A program made the translations under genes and the position numbers. A stretch of DNA of 64,000 bases from a virus. Location: positions 1 to 64,000 of IMG/VR virus record IMGVR_UViG_3300004369_000001. One strand, 5' to 3'. Shown here in pieces: positions 1 through 10,938 of the stretch; the first letter of the stretch is position 1; each line of letters begins with the position of its first letter. The notes below the pieces were generated by a model, which saw only the letters and a program-made list of their open reading frames with translations, was not told the DNA's origin and did no database searches.

Positions 1-1305
1 TGTATTATTAGCGCCAAACAGAAGATTACCACTCGTATCATTAACTTTGATATAGTTAAGATAGTTGAATCCTCTGTATCCAGTGGTTGCAGTAAGTTCT
101 TGGTCAAGCTCAAAATCTTCTTTTGTGTTTCCATCGGCAAAGGAGATTCTGTTATTTTGAAGTTGCCAGTTATCAACACCAGCAGCGGCGATGCTAACAA
201 AACCGCCCTCATAACTGTTAGCGGGATCCCATGCAGTTACATCAAAGTCTTCCTGGTTGAAGGATGCTAGACCTTTCTGTGGGTAGGAAGCAGATCCGAG
301 ATATCTCCAAGAGCCTGTGTCAGAGGAGTCTGTATGTGTAGGCTCGCCGCCGCCTGCAGGTATATCAAGGATAGCCTCATAAAGGCGACTACCTGAATTT
401 TTGACTTTATCATAACGAGAATATGCTACGGCATTATCATAGTCTGCCTCTTCGGATCCCTCGGTTGCTGTTGCAATGGGAATCGTGAGTGCCTGCGTCA
501 ATCGACCATAACGGTCAACTGTAAATTCTGTTGTATTGACTGTGCGGTCACTGGGAAGATTGACCGAGATCAGAGGAGTGTCAAGGTTTCCAGTGGGGTT
601 ATAGTAACCAACCACCACAGTGGTATCTGCAAGGTCGATGAATGGGTTAGCAGTTTGAGCATTACCATTCTGGACAATGACACGACCACTACCACCAGTG
701 ATGGTGCGAGTTGTAATGGTGCCTTCTGCTTGACGAGACATCAAACCAAAGGAGGTCATGCCTGCAATAGAAGTCAGGTCACTGTCCAACGGTTGAGCGT
801 CAGCAATACCGAAGTCACTCAGGGTTGTCGGGTTATCGGCGTCAACGATACGACCACGAGAGTCAACTGTAATTCTTGTATATGTGCCTGTTGCTTCTAG
901 GTCATTCTCATCGTAGTGGGGAAGTGCCACCACATAATTCAATTCAGCAGTAATGGTCAGGTTTGCGGATCCATCAAACGTGCCACTACCAGACATGTCG
1001 CCCCCAAGCGAGATCTGTCTAGCGTTTGCGAGTCTAGTTGCAGTGGAAGAGTTACCAACCAGTGAAGCAGTAATAGCACCTGCTTCAAAGTTACCATCAG
1101 CGTCTCTCTTAACAAGAGTATTGGCGGTGTTGGATTCAGTCTCCAGTGGTCGCTCATACTTAAGCGAGTTCCATGGAGTAACACCATCACCGATTTTGAT
1201 ACGCGAAGTGTCAATCTCAATTCCCAATTCGCCTTGGGCGAGAATGGGGTTGATGTTTGCCCATTGCTGAGCACCATCTCTTCTAAGTTGAATTCTATTT
1301 GCCAT
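1..1305 (-). CDS. Tail fibre / structural protein, 5' part (runs off window edge); Mtd-N/hyaluronidase-N-like N-terminus plus a CBM5/12-like segment
   Basis: Not in the ORF track; translated manually from ATG at 1305: MANRIQLRRDGAQQWANINPILAQGELGIEIDTSRIKIGDGVTPWNSLKY... The frame is open to position 1. It contains the fibre motifs ATRLANARQISLGGDMSGSGTFDGSANLTI and TVDSRGRIV. A late promoter lies upstream. Confidence 0.8.
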   Translation of the reverse strand, partial: MANRIQLRRDGAQQWANINPILAQGELGIEIDTSRIKIGDGVTPWNSLKYERPLETESNTANTLVKRDADGNFEAGAITASLVGNSSTATRLANARQISLGGDMSGSGTFDGSANLTITAELNYVVALPHYDENDLEATGTYTRITVDSRGRIVDADNPTTLSDFGIADAQPLDSDLTSIAGMTSFGLMSRQAEGTITTRTITGGSGRVIVQNGNAQTANPFIDLADTTVVVGYYNPTGNLDTPLISVNLPSDRTVNTTEFTVDRYGRLTQALTIPIATATEGSEEADYDNAVAYSRYDKVKNSGSRLYEAILDIPAGGGEPTHTDSSDTGSWRYLGSASYPQKGLASFNQEDFDVTAWDPANSYEGGFVSIAAAGVDNWQLQNNRISFADGNTKEDFELDQELTATTGYRGFNYLNYIKVNDTSGNLLFGANNT

Positions 1306-1344
1306 TGCTTAAGGACCCTTGCAACTGCACAGTGCTATATGAGT

Positions 1345-1352
1345 TATTTATG
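1345..1352 (-). promoter_or_regulatory. T4-type late promoter (CATAAATA)
   Basis: Variant of TATAAATA 40 nt upstream of the fibre gene start, just after a terminator. Confidence 0.65.
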
Positions 1353-1358
1353 CCAAAT

Positions 1359-1382
1359 AAAAAAGAGTCCCCGCAGGGACTC
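1359..1382 (-). terminator. Rho-independent terminator
   Basis: Minus strand reads GAGTCCC-TGCG-GGGACTC-TTTTTT immediately after the 1388..1615 stop. Confidence 0.85.
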
Positions 1383-1387
1383 AAAGA

Positions 1388-1615
1388 TCACTCGGTTACT
1401 TCTGTGAGTCCCTCTTCTGCGGTTTCAATTTCAACCTCAGGGGGATTCAAATACTCTAGAGTTTCGATAGCACCTAGAAGTTTCAGTGCAGTTTGCTCAT
1501 TCTCACGGATCTTCTGAGACATTTGCTTATTCTCAGTGATCAAATTCTCATAACGAGTTTTGAATGAGGCAAGAAGCTCATCGGGGGACATGGATTCAGT
1601 TTGGGTGGCAGTCAT
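1388..1615 (-). CDS. Small coiled-coil hypothetical protein (KLxGAIExL family)
   Basis: 75-aa ORF with ATGA coupling to the upstream gene, a heptad pattern and motif KLLGAIETLEYL. Confidence 0.75.
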   Translation of the reverse strand: MTATQTESMSPDELLASFKTRYENLITENKQMSQKIRENEQTALKLLGAIETLEYLNPPEVEIETAEEGLTEVTE

Positions 1616-1851
1616 TGATTTTTCTCCAATAATGTCTTCAGCAGATCCTTAATTTCATTCAGATCTGATTTTACAGTTTCAACTTCATTTTGTAAAGCCT
1701 CTACCGTGGTTTCTTTTTGCTGCCTCTTGTTGTATGCAGCCATGTATCTTTCGTATTCTACTTTATTTGTGTTGATTACAGCATTTGATTTGGGGTCTCT
1801 AAACCATCCGACTTTGCCTTCAACAGGTTGTAATTGTGATTCATCTATCAT
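1612..1851 (-). CDS. Small hypothetical protein with C-terminal coiled coil
   Basis: 79-aa ORF (VEG...RDPKSNAVINT...YERY), typical of the gene following the large DUF4815 protein in T4-like marine phages. Confidence 0.75.
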   Translation of the reverse strand: MIDESQLQPVEGKVGWFRDPKSNAVINTNKVEYERYMAAYNKRQQKETTVEALQNEVETVKSDLNEIKDLLKTLLEKNQ

Positions 1852-1854
1852 AGC

Positions 1855-1883
1855 TTGACAACTTCAATAATAATAATTAGAAT
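1855..1883 (+). promoter_or_regulatory. sigma70-consensus promoter facing antisense to the late operon
   Basis: TTGACA (1855-1860), 17-nt spacer, TAGAAT (1878-1883), in a 74-nt intergenic gap. Confidence 0.6.
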
Positions 1884-1925
1884 AAGCTTGTCGGTTTTCA
1901 GGATTGGTTTGAGTACTTAAATACA

Positions 1926-4900
1926 TCAAGTAGCCAAAGCAATTGATCTAAAGTCCATGATTTGAGGGACAATAGCCTGGTTTCTAGACTTCATAACAAT
2001 CTTGACTTGGAAAGAGTTAAAACTTAGACCTGTCTTCTCATATGTATAATCTCTAAATTCAAAGACATCAGAAGCTGAGATCTCAGCAATCGGGAAGACT
2101 TCAATCCAGTTAACAGTTTCAACATCAACATCAGCACCCGATTCAAATGCTTTGATGTAGACACGAATTTCCACACCTTGAGGTCTGTAGGCACCAAAGT
2201 CAATCTTCAGAGTCCTAGACAGTTGCGCTAGGTTTGCAATTCTCGTAAGATAAACTGCATCGTTTTGGTCTCCAACTGGAAGCAGAGAAACATCAGACTG
2301 AGTATCAATTAGAGAGTTAATACCCAAAGATTGAGGACCACCTGGCCAAGAGTTGATTCTATTACTGACACAAATCAGAGATGTGCGATCAAGGTCAACG
2401 TATGGTGAGAGGTTGGTATTCTCAGTTTCCATGGCAATGTCAAGGCTGATGGACTTGTTACCACCAAGTTTGTTACTCTCGTTAACTTGAGAGCAAACCA
2501 TTTGAGGAGTTACAAAGTAGTTTTCAACGTTGAGCGTAATATCGTAATACTGACCATTGTTGACAAAAGATGCCTGGTCAATTACGGATGTGCCATCGCC
2601 AACAGATGTTGCTGTCGTAGTATTTACACGAGCAGCCATCGATGTTTCTGGGAAAATCATGGTAGCGATCGAAGGACGCAGTGTCTCAAATTGGAAGTTT
2701 TGAGAAGCAAGGACGTTTCCACCACCACCTCGGATACCATTTGTGGCAACCGATGTTGTATTTAGTAAGTAATGATCCAACCAGGGATCGTCAATACTTG
2801 AGTGGACCTTGTTGATTTCCGTCAGAGGAATGCCATCAAAGTTGTAGCAGAAGACGGTTGCACCAGTTGGGTGATCAACGTCTGCAGTGCCATTAGCACC
2901 TCTACCATTAGTGGCAACAGTGATTACTTGACCGTTGGAGGAGATTGCAGAATACTGAATGATCTCATTACCAATGATCAGATAACCAGGATTGAGGTTA
3001 CCGATAGAAGCACCATTTACGAATGTGTGGAATCCACCAGCAGTCTCAACGTTAATTGAAGTTGCCCCTGCAGAGAGAGAAGATGTCAAAGTTGTAGGAG
3101 GCACTTCGGAAACCACTCCACTGATTTCCACGTTGTTGGTGCGTTGGTGCATACAATGATTCTTGTGATACACCAGGACCTTTCTATCCTTACTCTGATA
3201 CGAAGGTGCAGCAGTCGGGAATTGGTTGTAGGTGTCGCCAGAGTATGCGATGCTAGTAATAGTAGCGGTCACAACACCACCATTCTCAGAAATTGTATCG
3301 GACAGGTCGAATGCCTTATCGACATAATTTACATAAAGGACTGGGTTTGCTGCAGGGTTGCCATCGGGAAGGGTGTCACCTGTTTGATAGAAAGCAGTAA
3401 CAGTCGCAGTAGCATTGGATGTAGATCCAGCAATAATATCTACCTCTGTGGTGGGACCACCAGGAGCTCCAGGTCTGGGAGAGAAGTCACCGTTGGAAAC
3501 GGTGGACAGTTGGAAGATTGCAGTGGATTGGGAGGAAATAATTCCTTGGAATGCATCTCCATTTCCATCCAAGAAACCAGCAGACCATGTGCCTTGAATG
3601 TCGGTAAGAGTAATTGTCTCTGGATCTGTGGTTGAGTCGAAAGCAACAACTGTGCCCTCTGCATTAGAAGGAGACTGCTTCAATCGAGCACCAATCGTAT
3701 AGGAGTTATTTGTGCCAGCGGGAAGCGAAAGCACTTGCTCAGGTTGAATCGTGACCAGAGGATTATTCTTCAAAGTCGTGAAACCACCATTGGTCTCTCC
3801 CATAGAGACATTATCCAGAGTTATTGTGCCAGTAGGAGATGTAAAGTTTGCCTTATAAATTGTAAACTTCAAGTCCTCATACTGGTCAGCAGTCCAGGTA
3901 GATGCGTTTTGTGACTTAAAGAGCACACCTGCATATGGTTGCTCGGAGATCGTCCTATTACCAGACTTTTCAACGTCACCCATTCTGGAGATCCAGACTT
4001 GATATTCGTTGGAGTCGGACAGGAGCACAAAGCAGTATTCAACAGACTGTTTGATGTATACAGGGGATCTAAATTCAAATCGTGTTGGAATTTCAGCACT
4101 TTCTGAGATCTCAACATCTTCAGCATTGATCGTGATGTCCGACAGAGGCAGAATATCCTTGGTGGGATTGCCATTCTCCATTGTGCGAATTTGCATGGAG
4201 ATTGGAATATTGCCATCTCTAGACCTGAAGAAGATATCAACACCAGTGATGAAGATACCACCTTCCTCATCGACAATGAAGGATTGTGCCAGAGGGTCAT
4301 ACCAACCAATCTGACGAGTCTCTGATCTTGTGCCAGTAACGATAGTCCTTTCATCGTTAACTGTGTCTCTGACGATCTCAGCATTTCTAACTGCCAGAAT
4401 ATTCTCTCTAACAGTCTGAAGAATACCAGTTGCTTTATATTCTGTGTCTGCCGAAGAATCAACAGCACCAGCAATTCTGCTATTCTGAGCGTTAGTCGTG
4501 AAACGCACAGTCCTTGTGCCAGTTGCCCAACGTGGATTTGAATCGATCTTGGGACTGGGGATAAAGAATGTGCCTTTGAAGTTACCGACGTTATCTGTCA
4601 GGAGACGACGATCTTTAACATATGCTGCAGCGCCAGAAGTCAAACCAACCAACAACTCACCAATTTTCACGTTGCCTTGATATGTGCCATTTGCTGTTGC
4701 TGCCATCTCATTGATGTCAACATTCAGATACGGCGTATTCGATGCGTAGGAAGATGGCAGAGTCTCTGTGCCTTGACCATATGGGTTGGTTACATACCCG
4801 TCATCGGCAGATGCAACCTTCAATCTCACCTTAGATTCCGTGCCGATGACAGTTTCACCGACAACAAAGGGAATCTGGTTGCTATTGTCAATAGTGGGAT

Positions 4901-7900
4901 CGGGAGGAATTGTGGTTGCAGGGATGGAGTTGCCCTCGGAGCTGGGAGCAATGACATCTCTAGCAACGTTGCTGTTTGTGCCAGACTTATTTAACTCGAT
5001 CACCTTCGGGGTGATGTATGCACTCACATCCACACCGTCAAAGAAGCAATAGATTCTGGATCTGGGCTTCATTCTATAAACATCAAATGCCAGGTTTCTG
5101 GAGCGAATCCAGGGCACTGCTGTTTGGGACAGCATGGAGTCACCCATGGATCTACGCTCAATCCTGGGCACAACTCTTGTGCGAATACCTTGACGAGACT
5201 GGTTGGATCTCACTTGGAAAGTGCGTCTATCGTGAATGAATTCCAGACCTCTACCTCTGGTGCCAACCCAACCACCACCGCCATGGGTGCTACCAGATCT
5301 ATTGATGATTCTGTCAGTTGAAACCAGAGATTCGGAAGACCAGTTAGTCCTCCAACCACCCCATTGAATAGGTGCAAATCCTGTATTGGGATCAATATTC
5401 AATTCTCTAGAAACACTGGAGAAGTCACCTTCGACGTTTTCCACACGAGCTGGGAGACGGTTTGTTTCCAACCAGTCATCGGAAGAGGGTGTCAAGTCAA
5501 TACGACCAATAAAGGTAAAGACGTTAAATGGGTTGACGTTTTCGCTTCTAGATGCATATGGTTGCTTAACCACCTCAACACTTTCATAGGGAAGCATCGC
5601 AATATTTGCTGGGGTAACAACAATATTCTGAGACTTCTGAGTATTGATTTGTAGGGGGACGTTAGATGTATAGTGGGACGGACGAAGAATACCCTCTTGG
5701 AAATCGAGAGAGCACTTGTAGTCAGCACTATTGACATCACCAATCTTATGATCGGTAAAGTCATCCACCACAAATCCATTCTTCAAACGATCGAAACCGT
5801 TTTCGTCATAAGATCTTGTAGCATCTGTTTGCACTTCAAGAAGTGAAAGTGCTGTATAGTATTCGACGTTATTGATTCTCTTCTCCAGATCACCAATATC
5901 CTTCATCGTATAACGACGAATTACTTCCTGGGTGATGATGGTATCCCTTTGGGGATCATACATATACGGTTTGTGCTTGAAGATCGCCAGGCACATTGCA
6001 TTCTGAATATTTTCTGGCTCTTCGGGATTCTCAGCAGAGATACCGTATTGTAGTCTTAGTTTGTTGTCGTGGGTGAGGAATAGTTTATCTGTCCTTGGCA
6101 GATAGTATTCGTAGTCGCAACGGAATTCCGTTTCTGCTTTAGGAATATCAAACAGAGTAGCAACTGCAGCATTTCCAGCACCTTGATTTGTTGTGCTGAA
6201 TACACGAGCATCGAAATCGAGGGTTGCACAAGTCACCTCAAATGGACCTGTCACCGTGCCGTTACCTGTCGCCAATTCTCCAACTGCAGGACGGAAGTCA
6301 ATTTGGTCTCTAACATTCTTAGTAGATCCCTGCAGAATAGGTGCAGGAATTTCATCGAAGTCGATACCAGTATATGACTGTGCAGAGAAATAGTCACCAG
6401 ATGCTTCATGGATGAAGTAGTCGAAGACAATCATCAATTGTCTGGTCGGTGGAGTAACTCCAGGTTGTCTGACCAGTTTGGAGACGTTATAGAAGAAAGG
6501 TGTTTGACCAGAATTGAGAGTGAAGAGGTCAGTAACAACCTTACTACCCTTAACTACAGATCCATCAGCGTCGTCGATAGTTGCTCTCAGGACATTTCCA
6601 TCAGAGTCTTCACCGATGATTCTTTCGCCAGGATTGAATTCGATATTATTGAGGTTGACATTATAAAGACGCAGTGTTGCGTTAATGAAGCTAACAACAG
6701 TTGCTCTAGCACCAGATGTCTCGCCAGTGATAACAGTGCCAGGAGCAAAGAAAACTGCTTCACTCAGCACACTATATGGAATTTGAGGTGCTCCGTCAGT
6801 TTCCGATTCATATACGGCGTGAATCTTGTAGACATCGTTTAGACCGAAGGAGATCTCCTGGTCTTCGATACGAGTGCCATATAGGTTGCCATAAAGCAGA
6901 CCATACTTTTGAATATCGTTATTCTTACTGGTGCGAGTGACTTTAAGGGCACGCATCTTAGATGCGGTCTTAATCTTTCTGCTCACGATATTCTTAGATA
7001 CGAGAGCAGTCAGTTTTATTGTTGTCACTCCAGTCAAACCATCAATGGTCATAGACTGGCGATTAGCACCGAAGGTAACTGTTAGCGTGCCCGCTTCATC
7101 CAGTGCTTCCAGATCCAAGTTGTCGCCAACAGCGTATGAAGATCCAGACTGTGCAAGAATTGTAAGTTGATAGTTTTCATCATCGAGTGAAGCAAACTGC
7201 TCAGATTCTGGCAGTGCCACAGTCAAACCGCCAGACACAACTGTCTTATTTGTGAATGTGCGGTAGACGAAGAAAGATTCGTCGCTTAGAGACTTCATCG
7301 ACTCTCTGGGGAGATCGACGCTCAACTGACCCGAAGGTTGAGTTGTGTTGAAGACAAACGGTCTATATCTAACAACGGTGGTGTAATTGCCATCTGCAAT
7401 GCTGCCTTTAGTTAAAGCAGTATCGAGCAAGGCTGTTTGTGCCTGATAATCGAATACTGGAGCGCCACCAACGTTATTGCCTGATGTGTGGTTGATAGTA
7501 GACTTTGTGATCTTCTTAACAATGAGACTTGTGTCACCTTCAAATCCAGATTCACCATCTGGGGAAAGCACGTCTCCAGGACGAAGATCTTCTTCAAACT
7601 TAGATCCATTGAGACCAGTAATAATGGCACCAGACTGGTCAACAGTTATGGTTGATCCACGCACAGCCTGGGCATCATTCAGTAGAAGGTTAGCAACAAA
7701 CGAGACGGCACTGTTGCTGTTATAACCAACAGCGGATCTTGCATCAGTTAACTGATAACTGAAAACAGCGTTAATTGTGCCGACAACTCTACCGTCCTTG
7801 GTGATAACTTCACCATCGGTAAAGATACCTGATACTTGCTCAAGACCAACATAAGTGCCACTTATATCTGTAGTGGCAAATCCTCTAGCACCAGAAATTC

Positions 7901-9362
7901 TACCAACCAGCAAGTCTCCAGGAGACACTGGGGAATTGCCAGCATCGAAGTTGAGTGCAGTAAACATCTGCACGTCCATTACATAGAGATCCCAAATGCC
8001 AGTTGCAGATTTCTGCAGTTGCACGCAGCGACATCTGCCAATTTTCTGACCCGTTACAGTAGATCCACCATTTAGAGTCCAACCATCATGAAAATCGAGG
8101 ACTTGATATGCATCGGAAACACCTTCACCAGTAATATCAGGCCATCCATAAACATCATATACCTTCATGTATTGTCCCCATTCAATAGGGACAATGGCGT
8201 TGTTTACACCAGTAAAGTCTCTGGGTTTTTTGATATCGACATACTGGGGAGTAAGAAACTCTGTCCTATATCCTCTAATATATGCTTTACCAGGAGATAC
8301 TTCAATAGCAGCATATTCTTCACTGGCAGATTGCCCATCTCTGGAAACCTGACCAGGACCATACACACCGTTATTGAATCCGTCGTTTCTATGCTCTCTT
8401 AATTTAACATCGAATGTATCGATAACATAATCACCAGACTCTTCGTAAGTGCGACGAGCGAGTGATTTCTCAAGGACAGAGTAAGCCGTATCATTAACGA
8501 ATTGCTCAATCTTAGAATCTCTGATTCTGACCAATTCGATAAAATTCTTGTCAGTCTCGTCTTCAATTGGTTTCTTGACGAGTTGTGTGCTGATCTTGAA
8601 TCGGTGAGATCCAGGAGCAGAATAGTTTGATGTGCCAGCAGCGTTGTCATTCAGAGTCGGATCGTCTTCTGGAGTGACAATAGATTCCGAGACTTCAAGA
8701 CCAATCCTATAAGAGGGGTTATTAGTATATTGATCGAGGATGATATAAGATGATGGGACATTGATAAAATGTCCACGAATGAAGTAGACACCATTATTAA
8801 CGTATGCCGTAGCAGCAACTGCAGTAGCATTAACTGGGAGGAGTTGAGCGAAAGGAGATCCAACCTCAATAAGAGTTGTGCCGAAGGTCAGCTCTGAATC
8901 GGAAATGAGCTGCTCATTCTCTTGGAAACCTTTGACGCTGGTGGCAGAAACTGTATCTCCAGAATCGATATACTTCACATAAAGTGTGACGTATCCCTTA
9001 GACGATTCTGCAGCAGAGATGGAATAAAGGACCTTTGCTCGAATACCACTCGTTAGACCAGAAATGATCTTACCGTTGAGTTGAGTTCTGTAAGTTTCAA
9101 CGTCAACACCCAAGAATGCCTGCTGCAGAATAACTGCCTGCACATTTAGGTCATAACCCACTTGTCCAGGGATAACCATCGCACCTTCTTTGAAGAAGTG
9201 CTGACCCATGGACTCAATCTGATTCTGCAGAATGCTCTGCATAGTCGTGAGTTCTCTTGCCTGAATTGGGAATCCAGGTCTATACAACACTCGATAAAAA
9301 TTCTTATCCTTATCGAAGTCGTCGAAATACGGACTAATGTTGAGGTTGGTATTTTGTGGCAT
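1926..9362 (-). CDS. Large virion structural protein (DUF4815 / VrlC-like)
   Basis: 2478 aa. N-terminus MPQNTNLNISPYFDDFDKDKNFYRVLYRPGFPIQARELTTMQSILQNQIE; also RLKNGFVVDDF and DPLAQSF motifs characteristic of this family. Follows gp8. Confidence 0.85.
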   Translation of the reverse strand: MPQNTNLNISPYFDDFDKDKNFYRVLYRPGFPIQARELTTMQSILQNQIESMGQHFFKEGAMVIPGQVGYDLNVQAVILQQAFLGVDVETYRTQLNGKIISGLTSGIRAKVLYSISAAESSKGYVTLYVKYIDSGDTVSATSVKGFQENEQLISDSELTFGTTLIEVGSPFAQLLPVNATAVAATAYVNNGVYFIRGHFINVPSSYIILDQYTNNPSYRIGLEVSESIVTPEDDPTLNDNAAGTSNYSAPGSHRFKISTQLVKKPIEDETDKNFIELVRIRDSKIEQFVNDTAYSVLEKSLARRTYEESGDYVIDTFDVKLREHRNDGFNNGVYGPGQVSRDGQSASEEYAAIEVSPGKAYIRGYRTEFLTPQYVDIKKPRDFTGVNNAIVPIEWGQYMKVYDVYGWPDITGEGVSDAYQVLDFHDGWTLNGGSTVTGQKIGRCRCVQLQKSATGIWDLYVMDVQMFTALNFDAGNSPVSPGDLLVGRISGARGFATTDISGTYVGLEQVSGIFTDGEVITKDGRVVGTINAVFSYQLTDARSAVGYNSNSAVSFVANLLLNDAQAVRGSTITVDQSGAIITGLNGSKFEEDLRPGDVLSPDGESGFEGDTSLIVKKITKSTINHTSGNNVGGAPVFDYQAQTALLDTALTKGSIADGNYTTVVRYRPFVFNTTQPSGQLSVDLPRESMKSLSDESFFVYRTFTNKTVVSGGLTVALPESEQFASLDDENYQLTILAQSGSSYAVGDNLDLEALDEAGTLTVTFGANRQSMTIDGLTGVTTIKLTALVSKNIVSRKIKTASKMRALKVTRTSKNNDIQKYGLLYGNLYGTRIEDQEISFGLNDVYKIHAVYESETDGAPQIPYSVLSEAVFFAPGTVITGETSGARATVVSFINATLRLYNVNLNNIEFNPGERIIGEDSDGNVLRATIDDADGSVVKGSKVVTDLFTLNSGQTPFFYNVSKLVRQPGVTPPTRQLMIVFDYFIHEASGDYFSAQSYTGIDFDEIPAPILQGSTKNVRDQIDFRPAVGELATGNGTVTGPFEVTCATLDFDARVFSTTNQGAGNAAVATLFDIPKAETEFRCDYEYYLPRTDKLFLTHDNKLRLQYGISAENPEEPENIQNAMCLAIFKHKPYMYDPQRDTIITQEVIRRYTMKDIGDLEKRINNVEYYTALSLLEVQTDATRSYDENGFDRLKNGFVVDDFTDHKIGDVNSADYKCSLDFQEGILRPSHYTSNVPLQINTQKSQNIVVTPANIAMLPYESVEVVKQPYASRSENVNPFNVFTFIGRIDLTPSSDDWLETNRLPARVENVEGDFSSVSRELNIDPNTGFAPIQWGGWRTNWSSESLVSTDRIINRSGSTHGGGGWVGTRGRGLEFIHDRRTFQVRSNQSRQGIRTRVVPRIERRSMGDSMLSQTAVPWIRSRNLAFDVYRMKPRSRIYCFFDGVDVSAYITPKVIELNKSGTNSNVARDVIAPSSEGNSIPATTIPPDPTIDNSNQIPFVVGETVIGTESKVRLKVASADDGYVTNPYGQGTETLPSSYASNTPYLNVDINEMAATANGTYQGNVKIGELLVGLTSGAAAYVKDRRLLTDNVGNFKGTFFIPSPKIDSNPRWATGTRTVRFTTNAQNSRIAGAVDSSADTEYKATGILQTVRENILAVRNAEIVRDTVNDERTIVTGTRSETRQIGWYDPLAQSFIVDEEGGIFITGVDIFFRSRDGNIPISMQIRTMENGNPTKDILPLSDITINAEDVEISESAEIPTRFEFRSPVYIKQSVEYCFVLLSDSNEYQVWISRMGDVEKSGNRTISEQPYAGVLFKSQNASTWTADQYEDLKFTIYKANFTSPTGTITLDNVSMGETNGGFTTLKNNPLVTIQPEQVLSLPAGTNNSYTIGARLKQSPSNAEGTVVAFDSTTDPETITLTDIQGTWSAGFLDGNGDAFQGIISSQSTAIFQLSTVSNGDFSPRPGAPGGPTTEVDIIAGSTSNATATVTAFYQTGDTLPDGNPAANPVLYVNYVDKAFDLSDTISENGGVVTATITSIAYSGDTYNQFPTAAPSYQSKDRKVLVYHKNHCMHQRTNNVEISGVVSEVPPTTLTSSLSAGATSINVETAGGFHTFVNGASIGNLNPGYLIIGNEIIQYSAISSNGQVITVATNGRGANGTADVDHPTGATVFCYNFDGIPLTEINKVHSSIDDPWLDHYLLNTTSVATNGIRGGGGNVLASQNFQFETLRPSIATMIFPETSMAARVNTTTATSVGDGTSVIDQASFVNNGQYYDITLNVENYFVTPQMVCSQVNESNKLGGNKSISLDIAMETENTNLSPYVDLDRTSLICVSNRINSWPGGPQSLGINSLIDTQSDVSLLPVGDQNDAVYLTRIANLAQLSRTLKIDFGAYRPQGVEIRVYIKAFESGADVDVETVNWIEVFPIAEISASDVFEFRDYTYEKTGLSFNSFQVKIVMKSRNQAIVPQIMDFRSIALAT

Positions 9363-9365
9363 CTC

Positions 9366-10901
9366 TTAGAACTCGATTACGACTTTGATGTCTTCAATTT
9401 GGTCACCAGCACGGGTGATGGGACCTCTATTATCTATGTAAATAATTCTTCCCGAATTTGGCTCAATCTCAGGATCGGCATAACCATTTGTAAATGCCAT
9501 ACCCAAGTCATATTCAGTGTTGTTGATAACACGAGTAGAAGTGCCAGACACAATCGGGAAGTTAATGTCTGGGTCGCCAGATGTGCCAGAGATAGATCCG
9601 ACAATCGGGTTGCCACCGTCAAACTCTGTCAAACTACCAGTGATCTCGGGGAAGATACCGTCGATTCTGTTTTGATAATATTTGAGCACTTTGGTGGTGC
9701 TATTCCAAGAAACCACACGACCGCGAGCAGTTACCTGCTGACCACCAACAGTCCTAGACTGGGTGATAATTTCATCAGTGCTATAGTTTCCAGTAAAGGT
9801 TGGCGAGAAAATCGCTGCCTTTGTGCCAGATAGAGTCAACTCAGAAGTCAACTCCTTTGTGCCATATCTATTCGGGTTGAGGACAAGACCGATGCGACGG
9901 TAGTCGTTATCAGTCGGGAAGTCACCACTACCTTCATCGTATGTGAATTTGGTGTTAATCATCACACGATAACCACCCAACTCACCATCAGGACCGCCGC
10001 CATGACCGATCGGAGGGGGAATGATAACTTCAACGTTAGCGCCAGATCCTGCACCAGCACCAATACCGTTTACTTCATCAATGACCACCTTACCAAAGGT
10101 GTATCCAGATCCACCAGAAGTCACAGTTGCAGTGACCAATTTACCACCGTCAACCACAAGAGAGACACGACCACCAACGCCATCGCCCTTGATGGGCACG
10201 TTTTCATATGTGCCGTTGTTGTAGCCTGTGCCAGAAGATCCAATAACAACAGTATCAATCTCACCACCAACAGCATCACCAATCACAGCAGTGTCACTCA
10301 ACACTGGCATATATTCGTTGGAGAAGAATTTCAACACCTGACCAACAGGAATGGTGTAGAGATATTTCCAGCGATATCCATCAGCAGTTGTGATGATAGA
10401 TGTGGAAGTGCCAGTTGGCTCAATGGTTGAAGGTTTGCCGTTAGGGTCGGAGGGAGAGGTGCCGTTATAGATGCACTTGTAAACTTGATAGGATGAGTTA
10501 ACGACGTAGAAGTCAGCATCAAAAAGTTTAGTTGCACCAGAAGATGCGGTTTTTGTAGAGGAGTAGTCATGACGATACATGTCATAGACGTAACCCAAAC
10601 CACCAGTAGTTTGCTCTGGGGGAATCCAATTCACACGACGAATAACCTGAATTGTGTCATTTGCCAACACACGCTTAAGGGAGATCATGTCAGCGTAATC
10701 GTCAGCAAACTCTTGCAGAGAGTCTGTCGGATCGGGCGGATCATTTTCATTATCCCAAGATTGGGGACGACCGATAAACACATAGAGTCTGTCTCTATCG
10801 CTGCCAGCATCCAAGTCGGACTGTGCAGAATCAGGACCCTCAAGTGATTTAATAAATCGCTTTGCGGTAAAAATTCTAAATTGATCGGTAAGTAGCGCCA
10901 T
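9366..10901 (-). CDS. gp8: Baseplate wedge subunit gp8
   Basis: 511 aa; LYVFIGRPQSW, YQVYKCIYN, DGYRWKYLYTI and C-terminal IIYIDNRGPITRAGDQIEDIKVVIEF match T4 gp8-family motifs. Confidence 0.9.
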   Translation of the reverse strand: MALLTDQFRIFTAKRFIKSLEGPDSAQSDLDAGSDRDRLYVFIGRPQSWDNENDPPDPTDSLQEFADDYADMISLKRVLANDTIQVIRRVNWIPPEQTTGGLGYVYDMYRHDYSSTKTASSGATKLFDADFYVVNSSYQVYKCIYNGTSPSDPNGKPSTIEPTGTSTSIITTADGYRWKYLYTIPVGQVLKFFSNEYMPVLSDTAVIGDAVGGEIDTVVIGSSGTGYNNGTYENVPIKGDGVGGRVSLVVDGGKLVTATVTSGGSGYTFGKVVIDEVNGIGAGAGSGANVEVIIPPPIGHGGGPDGELGGYRVMINTKFTYDEGSGDFPTDNDYRRIGLVLNPNRYGTKELTSELTLSGTKAAIFSPTFTGNYSTDEIITQSRTVGGQQVTARGRVVSWNSTTKVLKYYQNRIDGIFPEITGSLTEFDGGNPIVGSISGTSGDPDINFPIVSGTSTRVINNTEYDLGMAFTNGYADPEIEPNSGRIIYIDNRGPITRAGDQIEDIKVVIEF

Positions 10902-10926
10902 CTAACTAATCGGATCTCCCACTCTT

Positions 10927-10934
10927 TATTTATG
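10927..10934 (-). promoter_or_regulatory. T4-type late promoter (CATAAATA)
   Basis: In the short gap upstream of gp8. Confidence 0.65.
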
Positions 10935-10938
10935 GACT

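Noticed and set aside
1-1305. Diversity-generating retroelement suggested by the Mtd-like N-terminus
   Set aside because: No reverse transcriptase and no TR/VR pair were seen in the window; this N-terminal domain is common on fibres without DGRs.
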